Virus record (IMG/VR): IMGVR_UViG_3300044568_002423
DNA length: 64,000 bases
Source: a virus
Strand: one strand, 5' to 3'
Of the stretch, positions 40,416 to 50,361 are shown piece after piece. Position 1 is the stretch's first letter. Each line of letters starts with the position of its first letter. Under the pieces are notes generated by a model, which searched no databases, was not told the DNA's origin, and worked only from the letters and a program-made list of their open reading frames with translations. The translations under genes and the position numbers were made by a program.

Positions 40416-42073
40416 TGAGCTATACTATAAATAAAACTGACGGATCTGTATTGACAGAAATAGTTGATGGGTCTATTGATCAAACCGCTTCTGATTTAAC
40501 TTTAATTGGTAAAAATTCTAGTTCATATGGGGAATTTCTCAATGAAAATTTAATACATATGTTGGAAAATTTTGCCAATACCTCTTCTCCAAATTACCCG
40601 ATAGCAGGCCAGTTATGGTTTGATACATCTGAGGGTAGATTAAAAGTTTATGATGGAAATATATTCAAGGTCAGCGGTGGCACTATTGTGGCGGCAACTG
40701 TACCAAGTTCTATAATCGAGGGTGATATTTGGATTGACTCGTATAGACAACAACTTTTTTTCAATGATGGGGTGTCAACGATACTTTCCGGCCCTGGTTA
40801 TTCAAAACAACAGGGTATTTCTGGATTGCAAACTGTTGATGTTACAGATATAAATGGTAATACTCATACGATTGTGTATCTATATGTAGCTCAAGTTTTA
40901 ATTGGGATTTTTAGCAAGGATGTGTTTATCCCCGACCCAGCTATTCCTGGGTTTACCGGCGAGGTATTAGTTGGTTTTAATACTAGTAATTACTCTGGAG
41001 TTAAGTTCCACGCACAAGCAACTATGGCGGATGCTCTGGTAGATCCAGTTGACGGTACCCTAAAAACAGCTAGCGATTTTATAGGTGCAAATCAAGACTC
41101 GGCGGTGGTCGGTACGTTAAGTATAGTAGATAGTACTCCGCTAATTCTCGGTCCTGCTAGTAACAATGAAATACAGGTTAATAGCGACGAGTTTAAGCTC
41201 ACCTCAAATACTACGGATCAAAAATTTAAAATAAGATTAAAAAATTCTAATGGATTATTACCGGCATTAACAATTGTGGCGGCAACTGAGAGGATTGGTC
41301 TATATACAGATACCCCTACAGCAACATTGGATGTCAATGGTGATGCCATCATACAAGGTAGTTTAACCGTCAATGGCAATTTAACTGCTATTAATACAAC
41401 TAATTTGGAAATTCAAGATAAATTAATTGAATTGGGAAAAACAACACTTCCAACCAATGCTACCGCAAATGGCGGTGGATTTAGTGTTGTTGCCGGTACT
41501 GACGTGGATAAAACATTCGTGTGGAATTCTTCTACTGCTAGTTGGTTATCATCCGAAAACATCAATATGCCATCTGGAAAGACTTATCAGATAAGTGGTT
41601 TTTCTGTGTTGAGTGACAGTACGCTTGGTGCAGGAGTGACAAACTCTAGTTTGACTAATGTTGGCATATTAACTGCGTTACAGGTAGACAGTATTAATAT
41701 CAATGATTCTACGATTAGTTATGTCAATGTCGCCCAGACAAATGGGGATATCACGTTGGTTCCAAAAGGTACTGGTTCTGTTGATGTCAGTAACGCACCC
41801 ATAATAAATGTAGCAGATCCAATATCAGACAATGATGCGGTAAATTTAATAACGCTTAGTACTTATATTGAATCAACGGCGTTAGCGTTGTCATTAGACA
41901 CGACTGGTTTGACAAATCCACAGATTGCTAGTAATTATCTCTCAAAGGTATTTCCTGCTGGTGAACATCAGGAATCTACGATATGTCGAGTAGTATGTAT
42001 GGATACCGGGGTGGCAACTATTCGGTTATTTGTGTTAAATGTCGGCGTATGGACATACCAAACCAATTTATAA
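40415..42073 (+). CDS. Tail fibre/baseplate protein
   Basis: Shares the N-terminal module LIGKN..YGE..NEN...LENFAN...P...GQLWFD with both neighbours. Confidence 0.75.
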   Translation: MSYTINKTDGSVLTEIVDGSIDQTASDLTLIGKNSSSYGEFLNENLIHMLENFANTSSPNYPIAGQLWFDTSEGRLKVYDGNIFKVSGGTIVAATVPSSIIEGDIWIDSYRQQLFFNDGVSTILSGPGYSKQQGISGLQTVDVTDINGNTHTIVYLYVAQVLIGIFSKDVFIPDPAIPGFTGEVLVGFNTSNYSGVKFHAQATMADALVDPVDGTLKTASDFIGANQDSAVVGTLSIVDSTPLILGPASNNEIQVNSDEFKLTSNTTDQKFKIRLKNSNGLLPALTIVAATERIGLYTDTPTATLDVNGDAIIQGSLTVNGNLTAINTTNLEIQDKLIELGKTTLPTNATANGGGFSVVAGTDVDKTFVWNSSTASWLSSENINMPSGKTYQISGFSVLSDSTLGAGVTNSSLTNVGILTALQVDSININDSTISYVNVAQTNGDITLVPKGTGSVDVSNAPIINVADPISDNDAVNLITLSTYIESTALALSLDTTGLTNPQIASNYLSKVFPAGEHQESTICRVVCMDTGVATIRLFVLNVGVWTYQTNL

Positions 42074-42105
42074 TACTAAATACACTATCATAAGGAATTC
42101 AAAAG

Positions 42106-43626
42106 ATGTCATATATCATCAACAAATACAACGGGGATCAATTAGCAGTAGTAGCAGACGGTACCATAGATACTACCATTGATGTCAAATTAATAGGTAA
42201 AAATTACGCTGGGTATGGTGAAGCACAGAATGAAAATTTAGTGTTTTTACTTGAAAATTTTGCTAATGTATCGGCTCCGCCAAAACCTATGAAGGGTCAA
42301 ATATGGTTTGATAGTGGAACAAATAAATTAAAATTTTATGATAGTTCAAAATGGAGAACAACAGGCGGTGCTGAAGTTGGAAATAGCGCACCTACTGGAT
42401 TAACCGTTGGTGACTTCTGGTTCGATACTCTCAACAATCAATTAAATGCCTGGGATGGTTCCGCATATGTATTGGTTGGACCGCAAGCCGCTGGTACAGA
42501 TACTACTGAGATGCGGTCTAAAAATGTTCAGGCAACCGTTGCCACTGGCGGCGCTAGCCATGCAATAATTGAGGCGATAATTAATGGCGAGACAGTATTC
42601 ATAATCAGTCATGATGCCGAATTTGAGTTAGATGATACGGTAAATGCTATTGCTGGATATAGTAAAATAGAAAAGGGAATTACCTTACGAAATACTCCGG
42701 GTAAGAATGAAGCTAACGAAGGTGTTACTTCTACTGATCATAGATTTTGGGGAACTGCTACTAATTCAGAACGATTAGGTGGATATGTGGCGGCTGACTA
42801 CATCAGAACTAACAGTGCTAGTTTTAGCACTGTTGTAAATTTTTCTGATAGCGGGTATACAGTTGGATATCCAAACACTAGATTACGAGTATTTAATGAT
42901 GGTCAATTAATACCAACTATCTTTAACCAAATAAATGAACAAATTGTATTTAAAACAACAACTACCGGAAATGTAATCAACACTCCACTTGTACTTAATG
43001 GACCTAACATACTACCAGGTAGTAATCTAACTTCTAATATTGGTACGTCTGCTCTAAAATTTAGTACAGTGTATGCTAATTCATTTGTCGGTACCGCAAC
43101 GCAGGCAGACACACTGAATGTCGGCGGTTCTTATAGAACTGCTAGTATTGCAGCAAGTACTAGCACCATTGTTGCTAGAACAAGTGTAGATGAGACTATA
43201 AATGGTATTAACGTTACTGCTGGCTCTGTAAAGGCAAATTATTTTGTCGGTACTGCTACTACGGCACTTTATGCGGATTTAGCTGAAAAATATCTAGCGG
43301 ATGAAGAGTATGAAGTTGGTACAGTTATTATGGTAGGCGGTGATAAAGAAGTAACTGCTGCCACTGTTGGATCTCGACCAATTGGTGTAGTTTCTGAAAA
43401 TCCAGCTTATATGATGAATAGCGACCTAGTAGGTGGTACATATATCGCATTAAAAGGAAGAGTACCAGTTAAAGTAGTTGGTGCTGTTGAGAAGGGCGAT
43501 AGATTAATTGCTTCCGAAAATGGAACTGCCGTAAAAGTTTTAGATCATCATATTGGTGTATTTGCCATTGCGCTCGAAACTAACTATGATGAATCTATTA
43601 AATTGATCGAAGCAGTTATACTATAA
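42106..43626 (+). CDS. Tail fibre protein with C-terminal intramolecular chaperone-like (peptidase G2/IMC-type) domain
   Basis: Same N-terminal module; C-terminal YADLAEKY..DEEYEVGTV...GVVSENPAY.MN...IALKGRVPVKVVG...KGDRL. Confidence 0.75.
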   Translation: MSYIINKYNGDQLAVVADGTIDTTIDVKLIGKNYAGYGEAQNENLVFLLENFANVSAPPKPMKGQIWFDSGTNKLKFYDSSKWRTTGGAEVGNSAPTGLTVGDFWFDTLNNQLNAWDGSAYVLVGPQAAGTDTTEMRSKNVQATVATGGASHAIIEAIINGETVFIISHDAEFELDDTVNAIAGYSKIEKGITLRNTPGKNEANEGVTSTDHRFWGTATNSERLGGYVAADYIRTNSASFSTVVNFSDSGYTVGYPNTRLRVFNDGQLIPTIFNQINEQIVFKTTTTGNVINTPLVLNGPNILPGSNLTSNIGTSALKFSTVYANSFVGTATQADTLNVGGSYRTASIAASTSTIVARTSVDETINGINVTAGSVKANYFVGTATTALYADLAEKYLADEEYEVGTVIMVGGDKEVTAATVGSRPIGVVSENPAYMMNSDLVGGTYIALKGRVPVKVVGAVEKGDRLIASENGTAVKVLDHHIGVFAIALETNYDESIKLIEAVIL

Positions 43627-43648
43627 TAAATATCGTAAAGGGAAAGAT

Positions 43649-46174
43649 ATGGCAGGTCAACGTACCGCAATAATTGCAAATGATTACAACGTAATTCAAT
43701 CAAAACTATCACAAGTGCTGGGCACTGGGTCTGGAGATTTTGGATACGGACAGACAGTGACTAGTTCTCAGTCGATTCCACAAATACCTATCACGGCGGC
43801 GAAATGGAATTTATTAAGAGATGATTTATTAAAAGCACGCCAACACCAATCTGGCGCAGATGAAAGTGGCAATATACCAATTTTAACGCATGCAAGTGTG
43901 ATAGCTGAGGCGTATCGTTCATCAATTAATTCGATGGCAGATTTGGTAACAACTAATCGATTGGTCATTCCGCCAAGTAATCAAGCAACTAGGGATACTA
44001 TTTTAACTAGTGTGCGAACAACTCCGTGGAATAATACATTGACGCATACCGTTACTGTTAATTTTTCTAGCACGGCCGCAGCTAGGTATTTTTTTAATAC
44101 TGGCAGTTCATTAGATATTTCTGCTTCTAGAACAGGTGGTACGGTTGGTCTTAAGAATAGCTCATGGACTACCATGTTGACAAATATGGGTAGGATTAGT
44201 TTACGACATAGTAATTCTGCTGTATCTGGGACAGGCACAGTTTCATCATCTATTGGATGGACTGATTTAACCACCGTCGATCAACTATTATTTGTAAAAT
44301 ATACAGAAACTCCAACGTATACACCTAATCAATATGATATATATGTTAAAAGTGGGGTTGATACCGCGCAAATAATATTCACAATAACATTTGCAGATTT
44401 GTCCGGATATATTCCAGATCCACCGGAAGGTATTGATGAGAATATCAATGGTACTTTAACTTCGATCATTGAAGTTTATCGCGCATCTGGAAATAACGTT
44501 TCAGTCACATCTCCGTCTGCCCTTGGTGCGTTAAGTGGCGGTGCGGTGGTTCCGGTGTATCATGTATCTCCTAATGTTACAACGGTTAATGAAGGTGGAA
44601 GTGTTGTATTCACGGTATCGACGTCTGATGTACCTGACAACACCACATTATATTGGACAACGTCTAATACAATGACAACGTCTGATTTTGCCGATAACGT
44701 GCTAACTGGTACCGTCATAATAGTTAATGATATTGGGACAATTACCAGAACTGTGCGTAATGATTATACAACAGAAGGTGGTGAGACATTTATTCTTTCT
44801 ATCCGTACCGGGTCGACATCAGGAACAATTGTCGCGAATAGTGCAGCAGTGGTAATTAATGACACCTCAATTGAAACATACCAAGTTACTGCTAGTACTT
44901 CGGCTGTTAATGAAGGTTCTAGTGTAGTATTCACTGTCACCACACAAGGCGTGCCTAATGGAACAACCTTATATTGGTCAAATAGTGGCAACACCAGTGC
45001 TGCGGATTTTACCGATAGTGCAATAAGTGGGTCATTTGTCATTAATTCCAATAGTGGCAGTATAACTAGAACATTAACAAATGACTATCTAACTGATCCG
45101 GGACAAACTGTCCAACTACAAATAAGAACTGGATCAACATCTGGGCCAGTTAAAGTGACTAGCTCATCTGTCGCCGTTAATGACACCTCAGTTGAAACAT
45201 ACCAAATAACACCTGACGTATCATCTGTCAGTGAAGGTGGTAGTGTCAACTTCACTATAAGCACGGTAGGGGTTCCAAATAATACAACCCTTTACTGGGA
45301 TACCTCTGGATCTTCTTCTGCTTATGACTTTACTTCAGGAACTTTATACGGCACAGTGCTTATAAATGCCAATACAGGCAGTATCACTAGAACTTTAGTA
45401 AATGATGGTTTGTCAGAGCCGGCAGAACCATTTACAATAAATTTAAGGACTGGGTCAACAGCTGGTCCAATTAAGGCAACAAGCTCAGTTGTTACAATAA
45501 CAGCTAACGGAAGTTTAACTTTCTTAAGTACTTCACAATGGACTGCACCAGCTGGTACTTATCAAATACAATTTAGTGTAACAGGTGGTAGAGGTGGTCA
45601 AGGTGGTTCTGATGTAGTCGCTGGACACGTAGGGTTCAACGGGTCTACCGTTACTGGAACTGCATCCGTGATACCGGGAACTGTTTATGACATGATTGTC
45701 GGTGCTATTGGAGGAAATGGAGCCAATGGTACAGGTTCTGGCGGCGGCGCCGGAGCTGCCGCTGGATTAGCTGGATATGCTGGTGGTAGAGGTGGAAATG
45801 CGGGATCATATTATAAATCAAATTCAGGCGGTGGAGGCGGTGGTGGTGCTCCATCATGGATCAGATCTACTGGTGGTTCTGTACTTGTAGTTGCTGGTGG
45901 TGGCGGCGGAGGCGGTGGAGCCGGTAGACAAGGCGGAGCCGGAACACAAACTGGTGGAACTTCAGGTTCTGGGACTGGCGGTCAAGGCGGCACTGGTGGT
46001 TTTGATGGAGGCGGCGGAGGAGGCGGCGGCGGCGGTTATCCACTTGGTGGTGCCGGCGGACCGATTACTGCCCAGGATTATACAGGTTATTCGGGTGCGA
46101 ATGGGCAATCAACCGGTGGATCTGTAGCAGCACCTGGAAATAATTCAACAGCTAATATCGTTATTTCATGGTAA
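43649..46174 (+). CDS. Virion adhesin-like protein A: N-terminal anchor, 3 Calx-beta-like repeats, Gly-rich tip
   Basis: Three VNEG.SV.FTV.T..VP..TTLYW...DF...G...I.RT..ND..EG.E.F repeats; poly-Gly C-terminus; AATAAATA at 43625-43632. Confidence 0.75.
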   Translation: MAGQRTAIIANDYNVIQSKLSQVLGTGSGDFGYGQTVTSSQSIPQIPITAAKWNLLRDDLLKARQHQSGADESGNIPILTHASVIAEAYRSSINSMADLVTTNRLVIPPSNQATRDTILTSVRTTPWNNTLTHTVTVNFSSTAAARYFFNTGSSLDISASRTGGTVGLKNSSWTTMLTNMGRISLRHSNSAVSGTGTVSSSIGWTDLTTVDQLLFVKYTETPTYTPNQYDIYVKSGVDTAQIIFTITFADLSGYIPDPPEGIDENINGTLTSIIEVYRASGNNVSVTSPSALGALSGGAVVPVYHVSPNVTTVNEGGSVVFTVSTSDVPDNTTLYWTTSNTMTTSDFADNVLTGTVIIVNDIGTITRTVRNDYTTEGGETFILSIRTGSTSGTIVANSAAVVINDTSIETYQVTASTSAVNEGSSVVFTVTTQGVPNGTTLYWSNSGNTSAADFTDSAISGSFVINSNSGSITRTLTNDYLTDPGQTVQLQIRTGSTSGPVKVTSSSVAVNDTSVETYQITPDVSSVSEGGSVNFTISTVGVPNNTTLYWDTSGSSSAYDFTSGTLYGTVLINANTGSITRTLVNDGLSEPAEPFTINLRTGSTAGPIKATSSVVTITANGSLTFLSTSQWTAPAGTYQIQFSVTGGRGGQGGSDVVAGHVGFNGSTVTGTASVIPGTVYDMIVGAIGGNGANGTGSGGGAGAAAGLAGYAGGRGGNAGSYYKSNSGGGGGGGAPSWIRSTGGSVLVVAGGGGGGGGAGRQGGAGTQTGGTSGSGTGGQGGTGGFDGGGGGGGGGGYPLGGAGGPITAQDYTGYSGANGQSTGGSVAAPGNNSTANIVISW
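45956..46087 (+). repeat. 132-bp exact direct repeat, copy 1 (copy 2 at 48521-48652)
   Basis: Base-by-base comparison GGAACTTCAGG...TATACAGGT; offset 2565 bp. Confidence 0.9.
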
Positions 46175-46195
46175 TAAAAGGAATTTTAAATATAG

Positions 46196-48739
46196 ATGGC
46201 TGGTAAAAATACAAAACCAATAATAAGTGATTATAATACCATACAGAAGAATATAGCGGCGGTATTAGGTTCAGGTGGGACTAATCCCGCTACGGATATC
46301 GCCGACAATACATTTGGGTATGGCTTATCTGTGTTGAGTAGCCAGGTATCGGCGTATGCTAAAATTTCAACTAGCCGATGGTCTAATTTGCGGACTGACA
46401 TATTAAAATCTCGACAGCACCAAACTGGTGCTACTGAAGTATTAACGGTCCCAACCCAAGATGTTACAATCGCAGAAACTGACAGGGCAGCATATTCTGC
46501 TATGGCCGACTTAGTTGTAGCTAATAGATTAGTTATGCCTCCAAGCGGTCAAGCAACCAAAACCTCTACACAACATGTACGATCAACAGCGTGGAATAAC
46601 GATCTGTATGTGTATTTTACTGCCACATTTGCCGCAGCTGCTGACCCTATGTATTTTTTTAATACTGGTGGGTATTTTGATGTAATTGCTTCTAGAGCAG
46701 GTGGTACAGTTGGTCTAAAGAATACTTCTTGGACTACTATGTTGACAAATATGGGAACACTGAGATTTAATCGTTATAATACAACTAGGATTGATACCGG
46801 GGGTACAACAACAGTCGTGTCCTCAATAGGATGGACATCGTTAAGCTCATCACCTCAATTGATATATCAAAAATTAACAGAAGCACCAACCTATTCTCCA
46901 AATAAATTTGAAATTTATGTACAAGCAGGGGGCGGTCCATCTACACAAATTATATTTACCTTATTATATTACGATGCGTCGGGGAACCTAAATCCACCGA
47001 CCGATATGGATCAGAATGTCGATGGTACATTAACTTCTACCTTTGGTATTTACAGAGCAACTGGTGTCAACGTTTCAGTTTTGGCTCCTTCTGTTGCTGC
47101 TACTATGGCTGGTGGTGCGCTTGCTCCTGTATATAGCTTATCTCCAAATGTTACATCTGTTAACGAAGCTGCAAGTGTTGTATTCACAGTATCGACATCT
47201 AATGTAACTGATAACACCACATTATATTGGTCCACATCTGGCTCGACAGCTGCGGCTGATTTTACTGATAGTTCGACAACTGGTACTGTCGTCATAGTTA
47301 GTAATACTGGGACGATTACCAGAACATTAAGCGGCGAACATGTAACAGAAGGAAGTGAAACATTTTCTCTTTCTCTCCGTACCGGATCGACAGCAGGCCC
47401 TATCGTTGCGAATAGTACAGCATCAGTGACAGTTAACGATACATCTATTGAAACATATCAAGTTACTGCGCCGGCCTCAGTTGATGAAGGTTCTAACGCA
47501 GTATTCACTGTAACCACACAAGGCGTACCAAATGGAACAACCTTATATTGGGTAAATGTTGGTGACACCAGTGCTGCGGACTTTACCGATAGTGCAATGA
47601 GTGGGTCATTTACCATTAATTCCAATAGTGGCAGCATAACTAGAACATTAACAAATGACACTACAAGTGATCCTGGCGAGTCGATACAACTACAAATAAG
47701 AACTGCATCGACGTCTGGTCCACTTAAAGTAACCAGCTCATCGGTCACAGTCAATGATACGTCAGTCGAGGAATACTACATAACAGAGAACGTATCTTCT
47801 GTCGGTGAAGGTGGCAGTGTTACCTTCACTGTAAGCACTGTAGGGATTCCTAATGGGACAACTCTTTACTGGAATACCTCTGGGTCTGTTACTGCGGCTG
47901 ACTTTACTTCAGGAACTTTATCCGGGACTGTGGTTAATACAGGCACTATTACCAGGACTTTGTCAAATGATGGCGTTGAAGAAGGTGCTGAATCATTCAC
48001 GCTCAATTTAAGGACTGGGTCAACAGCTGGTCCAATTAAGGCAACGAGCGGAACTGTAAATGTTCGGGCTAATGGAAGTTTATCCACGACATCTACTACA
48101 CAATGGACTGCACCAACCGGAATTACGCAAATACAATTTAGTGTAACAGGTGGTAGAGGTGGTAATGGTGGTTCTGATGTAGTCGCTGGACACGTAGGGT
48201 TCAACGGGTCTACCGTTACTGGAACTGCGACTGTAGTACCAGGTACTACATATAACCTGATTGTCGGTGCTATTGGTGGCAATGGAGCCAATGGCACAGG
48301 TTCTGGCGGCGGCGCCGGAGCTGCCGCTGGAGTAGCGGGATATGCTGGCGGTAACGGTGGAGCTGCGGGATCATATTATAAATCGAATTCAGGAGGCGGA
48401 GGCGGTGGTGGTGCTCCATCATGGATCAGATCTACTGGTGGTACTGTACTTGTAGTTGCTGGAGGAGGCGGCGGAGGCGGCGGAGCCGGTAAACAAGGCG
48501 GGGCTGGATCACAAATTGGCGGAACTTCAGGTTCTGGGACTGGCGGTCAAGGCGGCACTGGTGGTTTTGATGGAGGCGGCGGAGGAGGCGGCGGCGGCGG
48601 TTATCCACTTGGTGGTGCCGGCGGACCGATTACTGCCCAGGATTATACAGGTCGTTCAGGTGCGAATGGGCAATCAACTGGTGGATCTGTAGCAGCACCT
48701 GGGAGTAATGCAACCGCTAATATTGCTATTTCATGGTAA
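46196..48739 (+). CDS. Virion adhesin-like protein B, tandem paralog of 43649..46174
   Basis: Same architecture; C-terminal domain nearly identical to protein A. Confidence 0.75.
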   Translation: MAGKNTKPIISDYNTIQKNIAAVLGSGGTNPATDIADNTFGYGLSVLSSQVSAYAKISTSRWSNLRTDILKSRQHQTGATEVLTVPTQDVTIAETDRAAYSAMADLVVANRLVMPPSGQATKTSTQHVRSTAWNNDLYVYFTATFAAAADPMYFFNTGGYFDVIASRAGGTVGLKNTSWTTMLTNMGTLRFNRYNTTRIDTGGTTTVVSSIGWTSLSSSPQLIYQKLTEAPTYSPNKFEIYVQAGGGPSTQIIFTLLYYDASGNLNPPTDMDQNVDGTLTSTFGIYRATGVNVSVLAPSVAATMAGGALAPVYSLSPNVTSVNEAASVVFTVSTSNVTDNTTLYWSTSGSTAAADFTDSSTTGTVVIVSNTGTITRTLSGEHVTEGSETFSLSLRTGSTAGPIVANSTASVTVNDTSIETYQVTAPASVDEGSNAVFTVTTQGVPNGTTLYWVNVGDTSAADFTDSAMSGSFTINSNSGSITRTLTNDTTSDPGESIQLQIRTASTSGPLKVTSSSVTVNDTSVEEYYITENVSSVGEGGSVTFTVSTVGIPNGTTLYWNTSGSVTAADFTSGTLSGTVVNTGTITRTLSNDGVEEGAESFTLNLRTGSTAGPIKATSGTVNVRANGSLSTTSTTQWTAPTGITQIQFSVTGGRGGNGGSDVVAGHVGFNGSTVTGTATVVPGTTYNLIVGAIGGNGANGTGSGGGAGAAAGVAGYAGGNGGAAGSYYKSNSGGGGGGGAPSWIRSTGGTVLVVAGGGGGGGGAGKQGGAGSQIGGTSGSGTGGQGGTGGFDGGGGGGGGGGYPLGGAGGPITAQDYTGRSGANGQSTGGSVAAPGSNATANIAISW
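48521..48652 (+). repeat. 132-bp exact direct repeat, copy 2
   Basis: Identical to 45956-46087. Confidence 0.9.
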
Positions 48740-48808
48740 TAAAAGGAATTTTAAATAATGCCAATGGAAGTGATTTAACTACTTTCTGGTAGGAAGTATG
48801 GATATGAA

Positions 48809-48831
48809 AATGCCGGCAATAAACCGGCATT
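48809..48831. terminator. Probable terminator between convergent structural and early blocks
   Basis: AATGCCGG-CAATAAA-CCGGCATT; short T run on the minus strand. Confidence 0.6.
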
Positions 48832-48877
48832 GTCTAAAATTAATGATTTTGATTGGTTAACAAACAAATTTAATAAT

Positions 48878-49198
48878 TTATAATTTAAGTTTTTTTGACA
48901 TTTTTTTGATAGCTTTTTCAACATCCTTTTTGATTTTATCAGTATCAATTTTGATATCTACCTTGTAGATGTACTGCTCATAAGATTTTATTAGTTCATC
49001 TATATTATCTTCAAATTCCACTAATGTAGCACGTCTAGTTTTTGCTGGGATTGGTATTTCCCAGCATTCACCGTCGTTAAATCTTAATAATACTGCATCG
49101 ACATAATTTAGAGGAACTACATTAAGTTCAATCTCTCTAAATAATACCGACCATTCATCTACAGTTGTTTCTATCAGCCCTTCATTATGCTGTCGCAT
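48878..49198 (-). CDS. Hypothetical protein
   Basis: 106-aa ORF coupled to the upstream gene. Confidence 0.7.
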   Translation of the reverse strand: MRQHNEGLIETTVDEWSVLFREIELNVVPLNYVDAVLLRFNDGECWEIPIPAKTRRATLVEFEDNIDELIKSYEQYIYKVDIKIDTDKIKKDVEKAIKKMSKKLKL

Positions 49199-49799
49199 TC
49201 TGTTTTTTACTAATAGTAGGTACCAATTCCTCGGCTAATCTGCGAAATTTCGCAGCTTCCTTAGCTAGACGATCGGCATCCGACCTATACTTTTTGGCTT
49301 GTAGTTCAGGTGATAAAACTTCAACTACTGTGTCTAAAACTTCTGGTTCATTTACAGACGCCGATGTTGTTTTTATTGGATCTGATTTAACTTCTGTTTT
49401 TTCAACTTCTTTACTAGATTTAATAGATAACTCATCAACCGCAATACCTTGTTGATCAGCTATTATTTGATTAAGTTCAGATAATATAATAGAGGTAGAA
49501 TTTGTTGGCAATACTTCAACTTGATTTGTTGGAACTTTCACCAATCTACCCTGAGCATGTAATGCAGGTAACATTCTACTACCATCTGGAAACTGTGTGC
49601 GATCTAGTGCTTCAGCAAATTCATCAGCAGATTGGCCAGCATTACTTTCAACTAGGTTGATTAAAGCATCATGATAGCTATCTGGCAGATTTTCAGTTGG
49701 TACAACTAAACAACTATACGCATCTCCTGGTAAAGTACGATATGCTATTAGGCATTTTTTACCAGTAGCAATTACTCTACCGACATGTTTAAGTTCCAT
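49185..49799 (-). CDS. Hypothetical protein
   Basis: 204-aa ORF (MELKHVGR...); start overlaps the upstream stop (TAATG). Confidence 0.8.
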   Translation of the reverse strand: MELKHVGRVIATGKKCLIAYRTLPGDAYSCLVVPTENLPDSYHDALINLVESNAGQSADEFAEALDRTQFPDGSRMLPALHAQGRLVKVPTNQVEVLPTNSTSIILSELNQIIADQQGIAVDELSIKSSKEVEKTEVKSDPIKTTSASVNEPEVLDTVVEVLSPELQAKKYRSDADRLAKEAAKFRRLAEELVPTISKKQNATA

Positions 49800-50038
49800 T
49801 ATGCGGTACCAGACGCTTCTGCTTGTTTAGCAATAGCTTCCAAAAATGTAGTTAATTTTGTATATGTTTGACCAACTGCTACCATTTCATTTGGTTTGAA
49901 TGCACCACGTGAACTAGCAATATCAATTATTGACTTCATAGAATTTAAATCATTGATAGTAAGATCTGATGATTGTTGCTCAGGTTGTGGTTGTTCAGTA
50001 GGTGTTGCGTCTTGTTGTGGTTCTTTAATATCAGTCAT
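49799..50038 (-). CDS. Hypothetical protein
   Basis: 79 aa, strong SD AAGGAG; GATAAGTA late-like element at 50078-50071. Confidence 0.8.
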   Translation of the reverse strand: MTDIKEPQQDATPTEQPQPEQQSSDLTINDLNSMKSIIDIASSRGAFKPNEMVAVGQTYTKLTTFLEAIAKQAEASGTA

Positions 50039-50073
50039 GTTATCTCCTTATATATAACTTTTGTTTTGTATAC

Positions 50074-50361
50074 TTATCTTGTGTGAATATGAGGACATGC
50101 AATTGTGAAAAAAGTAATTTCTTTTTCACTTTCAAATCCTATGTTAGTATTATACACTATTGTATTGGTATTGTCAAGTGTTATTCCTTGTCCAATATAA
50201 TATCTACTATTTAAGTTTTGCATTATCCATCCATTGATAATTTTGATTAAATATGGATTGTATTTATTAAGAGTAAAATATTTGAAATGAGGACAAGCAT
50301 ATTTTACTCTCCTCAAATCGTAATAATTAAGTGAATTAGGAATGCCGTTTTTCAATGACAT
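50074..50361 (-). CDS. Hypothetical protein
   Basis: 95 aa, translationally coupled to the vWA gene. Confidence 0.75.
   Translation of the reverse strand: MSLKNGIPNSLNYYDLRRVKYACPHFKYFTLNKYNPYLIKIINGWIMQNLNSRYYIGQGITLDNTNTIVYNTNIGFESEKEITFFTIACPHIHTR

Noticed and set aside
45891-46127. Duplicated alternative-frame Ala/Glu-rich ORFs (also 48456-48692)
   Set aside because: By-product of GGN Gly codon runs in the duplicated adhesin tips.
43649-48739. Diversity-generating retroelement template/variable repeat pair
   Set aside because: Both copies are coding, mismatches are not adenine-specific, and no reverse transcriptase gene is in the window.
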